Assembly (NCBI GenBank): GCA_035490435.1
Contig: DATHEF010000044.1
Span: 67,571 to 131,570, forward strand
From: Thermoanaerobaculia bacterium
Lineage (GTDB): Bacteria > Acidobacteriota > Thermoanaerobaculia > Multivoradales > UBA5704
DNA length: 64,000 bases
Reading direction: 5' to 3'
Under the pieces are notes generated by a model. The model saw only the letters and a program-made list of their open reading frames with translations. It did not search any database and was not told the origin of the DNA. Shown piece by piece: positions 48,276-59,035 of the stretch. Position 1 is the stretch's first letter. Every line of letters starts with the position of its first letter. Both the position numbers and the translations under genes were made by a program.

Positions 48276-49637
48276 CTACTTGATCCAGACCGTCTTGATG
48301 TTCACGAACTCGCGGATCCCCACCTCGGAGAGCTCGCGGCCGTAGCCGGAGCTCTTGACGCCGCCGAAGGGGAGGCGGGGGTCGGACTTGACGGTGCCGT
48401 TCACGAACACGCAGCCGGACTCGATCTCGGCCGCCAGATCCTCGCCGCGGGCGGCGTCGGCGGTCCAGATGCTGGCGCCGAGACCGAACCGCGAACGGTT
48501 CGCCAGCTCGATCGCCTCCGCGGCGTCGCGGGCCCGGATCACCGCCGCCACCGGCCCGAAGGTCTCCTCGTCGAAGGCGGCCATGCCGGGCTGGACGCCG
48601 GTCAGCACCGTCGGCGCGTAGTACCACCCCTTGCCTTCCAGCCGCTTGCCGCCGGTCCGGAGCTGGGCGCCGGCCTCGACCGTGCGCTTCACCTGATCGT
48701 CGAGAGAGTCGAGAAGATCCTCGCGCGCCATCGGGCCGACATCCGTGCTCCGCTCCATGGGATCGCCCACCTTGAGCGCTTCCACGGCGCGGACGAATTC
48801 CTCCTCGAAGCGGTCGGCGATGTCGTCGATGACGATGAAGCGCTTGGCGGCGATGCAGCTCTGGCCGTTGTTGATCGTGCGCGCCTTCGCCGCCTGCCGG
48901 CCCGCCTCGGCGGGATCGACGTCGGACAGCACGATGAACGGGTCGGACCCGCCCAGCTCGAGGACCGCCTTCTTCAGGCACCGCCCGGCCTCCGCGGCCA
49001 CCTCCATGCCGGCGCGGTCGCTGCCGGTGAGGGTCACCGCCCGCACCACGGGGCTGCTGATCAGGTACTTGACCCGCGCCGAGGAGACCAGGAGGGTGGT
49101 GACCACGCCGTCCGGCAGGCCCGCCTCGCGGAACACCGCCTCGATGGCGAGCGCCGAGCCGGGAACGTTGGCCGCGTGCTTCAGCAGCGCCACGTTGCCC
49201 GCCATCAGCGCCGGCGCCGCGAAGCGGAAGAACTGCCAGAACGGGAAGTTCCACGGCATGATGGCGAGCACCGGCCCGAGCGGCTCGTAGCGGATGAAGC
49301 TCTTGGCGGCGTCGGTCGCCACCGTCTCATTGGCGAGGAAGCGCTCCGCGTTCTCGGCGTAGAAATCGCAGACCCAGGCGCACTTGTCGACCTCGGACTC
49401 GGCGGAGGCGAGGGTCTTGCCCATCTCCTCCGTCATCAGCCGGGCGAAATCCGCCATATTCTCGCGCAGCAGGTCGCCGACGGCGGTCAGATGCCGTGCC
49501 CGCTCCTCGAAATCGAAGCGCCGCCAGGACTTGAACGCCGCCTCGGCGGCCTCCAGCCGCTCGTTGACCTCTTGCTCGTCGTGCTCGGGAACTTCGCGGA
49601 TGGTCTCGCCGGTGGCGGGATTGATGGCCTTCAACAT
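48276..49637 (-). CDS. NAD(P)-dependent aldehyde dehydrogenase (succinate-semialdehyde dehydrogenase-like)
   Basis: ALDH signature ELGGSDP, catalytic Cys (NNGQSCIAAKR); ATG at 49637 with GGAGG RBS. Confidence 0.88.
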   Translation of the reverse strand: MLKAINPATGETIREVPEHDEQEVNERLEAAEAAFKSWRRFDFEERARHLTAVGDLLRENMADFARLMTEEMGKTLASAESEVDKCAWVCDFYAENAERFLANETVATDAAKSFIRYEPLGPVLAIMPWNFPFWQFFRFAAPALMAGNVALLKHAANVPGSALAIEAVFREAGLPDGVVTTLLVSSARVKYLISSPVVRAVTLTGSDRAGMEVAAEAGRCLKKAVLELGGSDPFIVLSDVDPAEAGRQAAKARTINNGQSCIAAKRFIVIDDIADRFEEEFVRAVEALKVGDPMERSTDVGPMAREDLLDSLDDQVKRTVEAGAQLRTGGKRLEGKGWYYAPTVLTGVQPGMAAFDEETFGPVAAVIRARDAAEAIELANRSRFGLGASIWTADAARGEDLAAEIESGCVFVNGTVKSDPRLPFGGVKSSGYGRELSEVGIREFVNIKTVWIK

Positions 49638-49755
49638 GTCCGTCCTCCACATCTGCCCACTCTCGCCCTGGAGGTGCTCCGAGGCAAACGCGCGAGCGGC
49701 CTCAGAGTGCTGCAACCTCCGGGCCGGAATGCTTCCAGGGGAAAAGGGAAAAATG

Positions 49756-49849
<94 letters not shown>

Positions 49850-49877
49850 GTAAGGCCCGGCAGGGAGGTGAGATTGT

Positions 49878-49925
49878 AGGGGTAACTGGGTTTAGAGTCA
49901 AAAAAGAGGGGCTGAGCTCTCGAAC
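49878..49925 (-). terminator. Rho-independent terminator downstream of the protease gene (AGAGGGGGCGGAGC...GCTCAGCCCCTCT + TTTTTT)
   Basis: Read on minus strand; hairpin is also palindromic on plus strand. Confidence 0.7.
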
Positions 49926-49959
49926 AAGCTCCGCCCCCTCTGGTTTCAGACCCTTCAGA

Positions 49960-52032
49960 TCAGTAGCTGACCTTCAACTGATAGGTCGTCCGGGTCGACG
50001 AGTAGCGATACACGCGAATGTAGACGTTGATCGCCGAGGCACCCGTATTGGTCCAGGAGGCCTGGTCCGCGGTGGTGCCGCCGTTCAGCGAGCTCGCCAC
50101 CTGGGTGGCCGTCGTCGAGTTGTAGATGTAGACGTCGTAGTCGGCCGACAGGCCGTTGAGCAGCGCCGTTACCGTCCGGCCCGCCGGTAGGCTGAGGCGG
50201 AAGTAATCGTTCTGCTGCGTCGACGCGTCGTTGAGGAAGGTCCCCGAGATCTGGTTGCAGACCCCGGAGATCGCCTGCGGCGCGGTGCGGCTGTTGTTCG
50301 GCTCGGTATCGGCGACAGCGGTGCAGACCGAGCAGGCCTGGGTCGTCGCCGACGCCTGCGCCGAGTTGCCGGAGGAGCAGCCGTTCGACGCCGTCACTAC
50401 ATAGTAATAGGTGGTGTTGCAGGCGAGGCCGGTGTTCGAGAAGGAGGTGGTGGCCGAGGTCCCCACCGACACATAGGGCCCGCCGCTGGTCGTCGACCGC
50501 AGGATGGTGTACGAGGAGGCGCCGGGAGCGGCAGTCCAGCTCAGGTTGACCTGGGTCTGCGAGATGGCGGTGGCGGTCACGCCGGTCGGCACCGCCGGCG
50601 GCGTGCAGGGGCCGGTGGAGCCGTTGATGCCGTTGACGGTGGTGGCGCCCGTGTTCCCCGCGTCGAGCCAGTTCGAGAGACGGGTGCTGCTGGTGCCGCC
50701 GCCGGTCCAGGAGACGCTGAAGCGTCCGTAGTAGTCGGAGAGGCTGTCGCCCGTGGCGCCGCAGGAGGAGGGTCCGCCGTGCAACTGGCCGATGAAACGT
50801 CCCGCCTGGCTGTAGAGCGGCGAGCCGGACGAGCCGGGCTCGGTCACGCCCGGCACCGTGAAGGTGCCGGGAGGGTCGGTCGCCCAGTGGGCCCAGATGT
50901 GGGTGCCGTCGCCCGGCGACGCCGGGGTGTTGTAGCTCGTGGTCGCCGTGGTGGTGGTGACGTAGGTGATCCGCTTCTCGTCAGTGTTCGGGTGGTGGAT
51001 CGACGCGCAGGGCGTCGCCGCGCTGCACGCGAAGTTGCCCGTCGAGCGGTCCCATCCCGCCCAGAAATGGTTGTAGGCCGCCACCGGCGGATCGTCGAGC
51101 TCCACCAGGGTGAAGTCCGAGGCGGCGCTGGCGGCGCGGAAGAAGGAGCCGGTGTGGAACTGGGTGAGCGGGCCGTTGCCGGCCTGCCCGCTCGCCGCGC
51201 TGCCCGGCGTCCGGCAGAAGGAGTTCTGGTAGTTCCAGTAGACCACCAGCGAGGCCGCGTTCCCGGAGGTGATGCTGCAATGGTTGGCCGTGATGAAGTA
51301 CATCTTGTGGTCGCCGGCGGTGTCGTTGAGCAGCGACCCGGTGCAGAACCTGGAGCCGCCAGTCGAGATCACGCCCACCGCCCGCATCGGGTCGCGCCAG
51401 GTGTCGCCGGCGGCCAGGCACTCGACGTCCAGGTTGCAACTGCCGGACTTTTCATACGCCAGGCCGGGCAGCGTCCCGAAGCCGCGGTAGCCCTGGTTGA
51501 TCCAGCCGAGCTGGAGCTCTACCTGCTTCCGCTCCCGCCGCGGCACGGTGAGCTCCACGATCAGATCGCTGGTGGTGACGACCGGCGTCCACAGCTCGCC
51601 GTGCGCCGCGTTGTCCGCCGCCGTGAAAGGCCTCAGCACTTGCCCGCCGTCCGCCGAGTAGACCATCAGGCGTCCGTTCGGCGTCATCTTGAAGCGGGTG
51701 AAGCCGAGGTTCAGGGACGTCGTACCCTCGCGGCCGAGGATGCGCAGGCGCCAGAGCAGTTGGCCGTTGCCCAGGTTCTCCCAGGTGCCCTGGCGGTCGG
51801 GCGTGACGGAGACCCGCTCCGGAACGGCGAAGCGCGGCGGCGTTCCTTTGCGGTCGAGCAGAGCATCCTCTTCCCCGAGCTTCGCCAGGTCCAGTTTCGA
51901 GGGGAGAACAGAGTCCAGCCGGCTGACGTCGAGCACGGCGTGCTTGGCGGCGGTGGGGACGGCGTCCTGAGGGGCGGCGTGTACCGCACTGCCAAAGGCG
52001 AACAGCAGGAGCCAAACGAGGTTGCGTCTCAT
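49960..52032 (-). CDS. Secreted S1-family lysyl endopeptidase (Achromobacter protease I-like) with FN3 and C-terminal PPC domains
   Basis: Protease domain collinear with lysyl endopeptidase (ITANHC, GVTEPGSSGSPLY); FN3 (VNLSWTA...YYYVVTA); PPC (EPNNS...DYDVYIY). Confidence 0.85.
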   Translation of the reverse strand: MRRNLVWLLLFAFGSAVHAAPQDAVPTAAKHAVLDVSRLDSVLPSKLDLAKLGEEDALLDRKGTPPRFAVPERVSVTPDRQGTWENLGNGQLLWRLRILGREGTTSLNLGFTRFKMTPNGRLMVYSADGGQVLRPFTAADNAAHGELWTPVVTTSDLIVELTVPRRERKQVELQLGWINQGYRGFGTLPGLAYEKSGSCNLDVECLAAGDTWRDPMRAVGVISTGGSRFCTGSLLNDTAGDHKMYFITANHCSITSGNAASLVVYWNYQNSFCRTPGSAASGQAGNGPLTQFHTGSFFRAASAASDFTLVELDDPPVAAYNHFWAGWDRSTGNFACSAATPCASIHHPNTDEKRITYVTTTTATTSYNTPASPGDGTHIWAHWATDPPGTFTVPGVTEPGSSGSPLYSQAGRFIGQLHGGPSSCGATGDSLSDYYGRFSVSWTGGGTSSTRLSNWLDAGNTGATTVNGINGSTGPCTPPAVPTGVTATAISQTQVNLSWTAAPGASSYTILRSTTSGGPYVSVGTSATTSFSNTGLACNTTYYYVVTASNGCSSGNSAQASATTQACSVCTAVADTEPNNSRTAPQAISGVCNQISGTFLNDASTQQNDYFRLSLPAGRTVTALLNGLSADYDVYIYNSTTATQVASSLNGGTTADQASWTNTGASAINVYIRVYRYSSTRTTYQLKVSY

Positions 52033-52308
52033 ACCCTTCCTCCGATTCTCCCGTATGGTCGCGGCTACCTTGCCGCGACCAGAGCTGCGCGGGCGTTACC
52101 CAAGAGGGTGCGCGTCGGGAGTTTTGGGGAGCCTGGAGGAAAAGGACGCAAAGAACGGCAGGGACGACAAGGACGCAAGGACACCAAGGGACGACAAACG
52201 CTCCTTTGCCGCCCGGGATTGAAATCCCGGGCGGTGCCCTCCCCATCCCGGCATCGGGGATAGACTACCCTCGCCCCGAGGGGCCTATCCGCGGAGGGAG
52301 TGCCTGCC

Positions 52309-54327
52309 ATGCCCGATCAAGACTCGCAGACTGTCGATCAACTCGCCATCAATACGATCCGGTTCCTCTCCGTCGACCAGGTCGAGGCCGCGCAATCGGG
52401 GCACCCCGGCGCGCCGCTCGGGCAGGCGCCGCTCGCCTACCTTCTCTGGACGCGCTTCCTGCGCCACAACCCGGAGAACCCCGACTGGCCGAACCGCGAC
52501 CGCTTCGTCCTCTCCTGCGGCCACGCCTCGGCCCTGCTCTACTCGCTGCTCCATCTCGCGGGCTACGGGCTGCCGATCGAGGAGCTGAAGCACTTCCGCC
52601 AGTTCGGCTCCAAGACCCCCGGACACCCCGAGCACGAGCTGACCCGCGGCGTCGAGGTGACCACCGGCCCGCTCGGCCAGGGGATCGCCAACTCGGTCGG
52701 CATGGCGATCGCCCAGTGCATGAGCGCCCAGCGCTTCAACCGCGAGGGGTTCCCCGTGCTCGACTACCGGACCTGGGTGATCATGAGCGACGGCGAGATG
52801 ATGGAGGGGATCTCCCACGAGGCCTGCTCGCTGGCCGGCCACCTCAAGCTCAGCCGGCTCAAGGTCTTCTACGACGACAACAAGGTCTCGATCGACGGCC
52901 CCACCTCGCTCTCCTTCTCCGAGGACGTCGGCAAGCGCTTCGAGGCCTACGGCTGGCGCGTGCTGCGGGTGGAGGACGGCAACGACCTGACCCGCCTCAA
53001 CGCCGCCATGCAGGCGGCCGAGGCCGAGGACAGCCAGCCGACGCTGGTCATCGTCCGCACCATTATCGGCTACGGCAGCCCGCACCGGCAGGGCACTTCC
53101 AAGGCGCACGGCGAGGCGCTGGGACCGGAGGAGACCGCCGCCACCAAGAACAACCTCGGCTGGCCGCTCGAGCCCACCTTCCTGGTGCCGGAGGAGGCGA
53201 AGGCTCCCTTCGACGAGGCCCGCAAGCGCGGCCAGGAGCTGGAGCGGAAGTGGGAGGAGCTGATGGAGCGCTACCGCGAGGCCCACCCCGACATCGCGGC
53301 CGAGCTGGATCAGCGGCTCTCCGGCAAGCTCCCCGAAGGCTGGCAGGAGGCCATCCCGACCTTCGATCCCAAGGACAAGCCGATCGCCACCCGTGCCGCC
53401 TCCGGTAAGGTGCTCAACGCCGTCGTCCCCAAGCTGCCGCAGCTCGTGGGCGGCTCGGCGGACCTGACGCCGTCCAACAACACCGCCATCCAGGGGCGCA
53501 CCGACTTCGAGGCCGCCAACTCCGAGGGGCTCTACCTCCGCTTCGGCGTCCGCGAGCACGGCATGGGGGCGATCCTGAACGGCATCGCTCTCTCCCGGCT
53601 CTGGATCCCCTATGGCGGCACCTTCCTCGTCTTCTCCGACTACATGCGCCCGACGGTCCGCCTCGCGGCGCTGATGAAGCTGCAGTCGATCTTCGTCTAC
53701 ACCCACGATTCCATCTTCCTCGGCGAGGACGGCCCCACCCACCAGCCGATCGGCGAGCTCGCCTCGCTACGCGCCATCCCGGGGCTGACGGTGCTCCGCC
53801 CGGCGGACGCCAACGAGACCGCCGAGGCATGGAGAGTGGCCATCGAGCACCGGCACGGCCCGATCGCCTTCGCGCTGACTCGGCAGAACATCCCCATCCT
53901 GGCGGAGACCGCCGAGAAAGCCCGCGAGGGGGTGGCGCGCGGCGGCTACGTCCTCCACGATCCGGAAGGCGGAGACCCGGAGATCATCCTGATCGCCACC
54001 GGCTCCGAGGTCTGGGTGGCCCTGGAAGCCGCCAAGCAGCTCGCCGGCAAGAACGTCCGCGCCCGGGTTGTGAGCCTCCCCTCCTTTGAGATCTTCGACA
54101 TGCAGCCGGACGACTACAAGGAATCCGTGCTGCCGAACAAGATCCGCAAGCGCCTCTCGATCGAAGCGTCCTCCCCCTTCGGCTGGGAGAGGTACGTCGG
54201 CCTCGACGGTGCCATCCACGGCATCAACCGCTTCGGCGCCTCGGCTCCTTACAAGGAGATCCAGAAGGAGTTCAAGTTTTTGCCGGAGGATGTGGTGAGG
54301 CATGCGGAGGAGGTGTTGGGGAAATAG
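52309..54327 (+). CDS. tkt: Transketolase
   Basis: ThDP motifs ([14 protein letters not shown]); ATG 52309 with GGAGGGAG RBS (track GTG 52300). Confidence 0.93.
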   Translation: MPDQDSQTVDQLAINTIRFLSVDQVEAAQSGHPGAPLGQAPLAYLLWTRFLRHNPENPDWPNRDRFVLSCGHASALLYSLLHLAGYGLPIEELKHFRQFGSKTPGHPEHELTRGVEVTTGPLGQGIANSVGMAIAQCMSAQRFNREGFPVLDYRTWVIMSDGEMMEGISHEACSLAGHLKLSRLKVFYDDNKVSIDGPTSLSFSEDVGKRFEAYGWRVLRVEDGNDLTRLNAAMQAAEAEDSQPTLVIVRTIIGYGSPHRQGTSKAHGEALGPEETAATKNNLGWPLEPTFLVPEEAKAPFDEARKRGQELERKWEELMERYREAHPDIAAELDQRLSGKLPEGWQEAIPTFDPKDKPIATRAASGKVLNAVVPKLPQLVGGSADLTPSNNTAIQGRTDFEAANSEGLYLRFGVREHGMGAILNGIALSRLWIPYGGTFLVFSDYMRPTVRLAALMKLQSIFVYTHDSIFLGEDGPTHQPIGELASLRAIPGLTVLRPADANETAEAWRVAIEHRHGPIAFALTRQNIPILAETAEKAREGVARGGYVLHDPEGGDPEIILIATGSEVWVALEAAKQLAGKNVRARVVSLPSFEIFDMQPDDYKESVLPNKIRKRLSIEASSPFGWERYVGLDGAIHGINRFGASAPYKEIQKEFKFLPEDVVRHAEEVLGK

Positions 54328-54407
54328 AGATGCCAGCCGTAGAGTCGGTGGAGGTCGAACATCGCACGCTGGAATCAAGGCTTCAGCATCAACCAAGCAG
54401 GGCTTTG

Positions 54408-54965
54408 ATGACGACGACCGAAAAGCAAAAAATGCTCGCCGGTGAACTGTATAGCTCCACAGATCTGGAGCTAGTCGCCGATCATCTGCACGCGCAGGAT
54501 CTTCTCTATCAGTTCAACGCAACGAAACCCGATGCTACCGAAGAAAGGCTGGTGCTTCTCATGGAGCTCTTCGGCCACTTTGGCCGCGGCTCGGCCCTAA
54601 AGCCGTCCTTCCGTTGCGACTATGGCTACAACATCCTGATCGGGCGAAACGTCTTCGTGAACTATGACTGCGTCTTTCTGGACTGCAACCGGATCACGAT
54701 CGGTGACGACGTGCAGATCGGGCCCACCGTCCAGATCTACACGGCGCAACATCCGACCGATCCTGAGACACGGCGCTCCGGGCTTGAGTTCGCGCTGCCG
54801 GTGACCGTTGGCGACAATGTCTGGATCGGCGGTGGTGCGATTCTCTGTCCAGGCGTGACGATCGGCGCCAATACGGTGATGGGGGCCGGCAGCGTGGTGA
54901 CTCGTGATCTGCCTCCGAGTGTGATCGCGGCCGGGAATCCTTGCCAGGTTATCCGGAGCTGCTGA
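54408..54965 (+). CDS. maa: Maltose/galactoside O-acetyltransferase (hexapeptide-repeat)
   Basis: Maa N-terminal MTTTEKQKMLAGELY, LbH hexapeptide repeats. Confidence 0.85.
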   Translation: MTTTEKQKMLAGELYSSTDLELVADHLHAQDLLYQFNATKPDATEERLVLLMELFGHFGRGSALKPSFRCDYGYNILIGRNVFVNYDCVFLDCNRITIGDDVQIGPTVQIYTAQHPTDPETRRSGLEFALPVTVGDNVWIGGGAILCPGVTIGANTVMGAGSVVTRDLPPSVIAAGNPCQVIRSC

Positions 54966-55112
54966 AGACCCCATGCCAGCTCGCGGGCTGCTCCACGACC
55001 GGTTCAGCTGACGCCAAGCAGGCGTGCCCTGGGCACCGCGAGATTTCGGCGCTATCCTTATAGAAAAATCGTCTAGTGTCCTCTTCCTCGTAGGACGCAA
55101 TGGAGGCTTCCC

Positions 55113-56075
55113 ATGCTCGGATCGCGCCATCCCTCAAGCCGGCCCCTTCTCGCGGTCTTCGCGCTCGTCGTCGCCGCTTGCGCTGAGGAAAGTCTTGCGG
55201 CCGGCGGCGGCAATCCGCGATTGCATATCCGCAACGTCCACCTGATGGTCAGTCCCGAGGTGACCCTGGAGGTGCGCGAGCTGTATGGCCGGCTCGTGCC
55301 GATACGGAAGGGTCAGATCCCGTTCTTTGACGATCCGCGGAGCTTCGGCATCGAGATCAACCATGCGACCGCCGCGTTCTCGACCGCCAGCATAACCGCC
55401 CTGCTCAACGGCTATACCTTTGCCTACCCGGGAGCGCCGCTGCGGCAACTCCAGATAGAAGCCCGCGACGGCAAGCTGTGGCAGAAGGGGATCTTGCACA
55501 AGGGCGTGGACGTACCGTTCGAGATGGAGGGGGAGCTCTCGGTGCGTCCGGACGGGCTGCTGAAGATTCACCCGACATCGATCAAGGTCGCCGGCATCTT
55601 GTCGAAGCGGCTCCTGGACGCCCTCGGCATCGAACTGATGGACGTGATCAAGGTGCGCCATGACCGTGGCATCGCGATCGAGGGGGACGATCTGCTGCTG
55701 GACCCGAACCGGCTGCTGCCGCCGCCGAAGATCTCGGGCAAGCTGGGGGCGGTGCATCTCGAGGGGGATCGGATCGTCCTGGAGTTCGTGGGCGCCGGTC
55801 CGTCGAAGGGACTCGATCCGCCCTCCGGTGTGCGCAATTACATGTACTTCAAGGGGGGGCAGCTCCGCTTCGGCAAGCTGACGATGCGAGACACCGACCT
55901 GGTGATCGCGGACGCCGATTCCCAGGATCCGTTCCGCTTCTATCTCGCCCAGTACCGGCGCCAGCTCGTCGCCGGCTACTCGAAGACGATGCCGGACCTG
56001 GGGCTCGTCTCGTTCATGCCGGATGCCGACGAGGTCGACCATCCTCTCAAGGATTCACCCACGGGAGGGCTTTGA
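55113..56075 (+). CDS. Secreted hypothetical protein (possibly DUF2993/LmeA-like repeats)
   Basis: Signal peptide; internally repeated beta-rich segments; no confident family. Confidence 0.5.
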   Translation: MLGSRHPSSRPLLAVFALVVAACAEESLAAGGGNPRLHIRNVHLMVSPEVTLEVRELYGRLVPIRKGQIPFFDDPRSFGIEINHATAAFSTASITALLNGYTFAYPGAPLRQLQIEARDGKLWQKGILHKGVDVPFEMEGELSVRPDGLLKIHPTSIKVAGILSKRLLDALGIELMDVIKVRHDRGIAIEGDDLLLDPNRLLPPPKISGKLGAVHLEGDRIVLEFVGAGPSKGLDPPSGVRNYMYFKGGQLRFGKLTMRDTDLVIADADSQDPFRFYLAQYRRQLVAGYSKTMPDLGLVSFMPDADEVDHPLKDSPTGGL

Positions 56076-56623
56076 TGGACATCTTTGCTTCCATGCCCCC
56101 GCTCCAGGCGAGCCTGCTCAAGGTCGCGTTTCCATTGCTGGCGATTGGCATCATCTCTCTGGGTGTGAAGCGCCGAGGCCTCTCGTGGCGGGAGAACATC
56201 GGCGTGATCCCCCCACCTGTCAGCCAAGTGGCCCTCTGGATGGCAATCTATCTGGGGTGGATGCTGCTCACGAACTTGATCATGGACTGGCGGGGACCGT
56301 GGGACTTCTCCGTCTGGGCCCGTTCGCCCATGATCGTGAACGTGCTGCGGGTCCTGGCGGTCTGCATTCTGGGGCCGATCGCCGAAGAGCTGATCTTCCG
56401 CGGGTGGCTCTATGACCGCTTCAGCCGGACACGTCTTGGCCCGACGGTGACGATCGTGATCCTGGCGGCGATCTGGGCGGTGATCCACATCTCGTATAGC
56501 CCGGGGGTGATCGCGGTCATTTTCGTCAGCGGCCTGATGCTCGGTTTCGCGCGGCGGCAGACGGGATCGGTGATCGCTCCCATCCTCATGCATATTGCCT
56601 GGAACCTGTACGCGGTGTGGTGA
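56072..56623 (+). CDS. CPBP-family intramembrane glutamic endopeptidase (CAAX protease/Abi)
   Basis: Motifs EELIFRGWL, HISYS, HIAWN; start overlaps upstream stop. Confidence 0.8.
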   Translation: MMDIFASMPPLQASLLKVAFPLLAIGIISLGVKRRGLSWRENIGVIPPPVSQVALWMAIYLGWMLLTNLIMDWRGPWDFSVWARSPMIVNVLRVLAVCILGPIAEELIFRGWLYDRFSRTRLGPTVTIVILAAIWAVIHISYSPGVIAVIFVSGLMLGFARRQTGSVIAPILMHIAWNLYAVW

Positions 56624-56629
56624 TCACTC

Positions 56630-57472
56630 ATGCACGAAGACCGGCCGAGCAAAACCGCCTTCCGTGTTGCCCTGCGTCGGGCCGCGCACCAGGTTCTGGA
56701 CGACCCCCAGATCTTCACGGACCCTCTCGCGTTGGCGATCGTCGGCGCGGAGAGCGAGGCTCTGCGGTCGGATTCGAAGAGCCGGAGCAGGATGTCCCGG
56801 GTCCTGCGGGCGTTCCTGGTGGTGCGGAGCCGGTATGCCGAGGACGGGCTGGCGCGGGCGGTCGAGAGCGGGACCCGTCAATATGTAGTCCTGGGGGCCG
56901 GTCTCGACACGTTCGCGTACCGGAATCCCTATCCCGGGTTGCGCGTCTTCGAGGTCGATCATCCGGCGACCCAGGGGTGGAAGCGTCGGCGCCTGGAAGC
57001 GGCGGGGATCTCCATCCCGGAGTCGATGACGTTCGCGCCGGTCGATTTCGAGAGGCAGACTTTGTCCGAGGGGCTCGCGCGGGCAGGATTCCAGATGGAT
57101 CAGAAGGCGTTCTTCTCCTGGCTCGGCGTTGTTCCCTATCTGACGCGGAGCGCCGTGATGGAGACGTTCCGGTTCGTCGGGTCCCTGCCCGCGGGGAGCG
57201 GGATCGTCTTCGACTACGCCCTTCCTCCCGAGTCATTGAATCTCGTCCAGCGGTTCGCCTTCAACGCGCTGGCCGAGCGAGTAGCGGCGGTCGGAGAGCC
57301 CTTTCAGACGTTCTTCGAGCCGTCCACGCTCATGAGTGAGCTCCGGCGGGTGGGCTTCGGATTCTTCGAGGATCTGGGAGGGAAGGAGATCAACGCGCGG
57401 TATTTCAGCAGCCGTTCAGACGGTCTGCGCGTCGCTGGTGGAGCTGGGCGGTTGATGACGGCGAGGGTGTAA
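56630..57472 (+). CDS. Class I SAM-dependent methyltransferase (Lcm/PPM-like O-methyltransferase family)
   Basis: VLGAGLDTFAYR SAM motif; similar to TIGR00027 putative O-methyltransferases. Confidence 0.75.
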   Translation: MHEDRPSKTAFRVALRRAAHQVLDDPQIFTDPLALAIVGAESEALRSDSKSRSRMSRVLRAFLVVRSRYAEDGLARAVESGTRQYVVLGAGLDTFAYRNPYPGLRVFEVDHPATQGWKRRRLEAAGISIPESMTFAPVDFERQTLSEGLARAGFQMDQKAFFSWLGVVPYLTRSAVMETFRFVGSLPAGSGIVFDYALPPESLNLVQRFAFNALAERVAAVGEPFQTFFEPSTLMSELRRVGFGFFEDLGGKEINARYFSSRSDGLRVAGGAGRLMTARV

Positions 57473-57485
57473 AAGATCTGCGAAA

Positions 57486-57575
57486 TGGCGGAGGGGGTGG
57501 GATTCGAACCCACGGGCCGCGTGAACGACCGGCGGTTTTCAAGACCGCTGCTTTAGACCGCTCAGCCACCCCTCC
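57486..57575 (-). tRNA. tRNA-Ser (anticodon TGA)
   Basis: Minus-strand GGAGGGGTGGCTGAGCGGTCTAAAGCAGCGGT-CTTGAAA-ACCGC..., long variable arm, CCA; directly downstream of serS. Confidence 0.85.
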
Positions 57576-57606
57576 GTGAGGTGTGCAACAGCTTACTCCG
57601 GCGCCC

Positions 57607-58953
<1,347 letters not shown>

Positions 58954-59035
58954 TCAGAGATAACATCCGGCAGCCGCAAGCCCCGAGGCGAGCGCCTCGC
59001 GCCATCAGGTTCGCAAGGTTCGCATGAACGAACAG

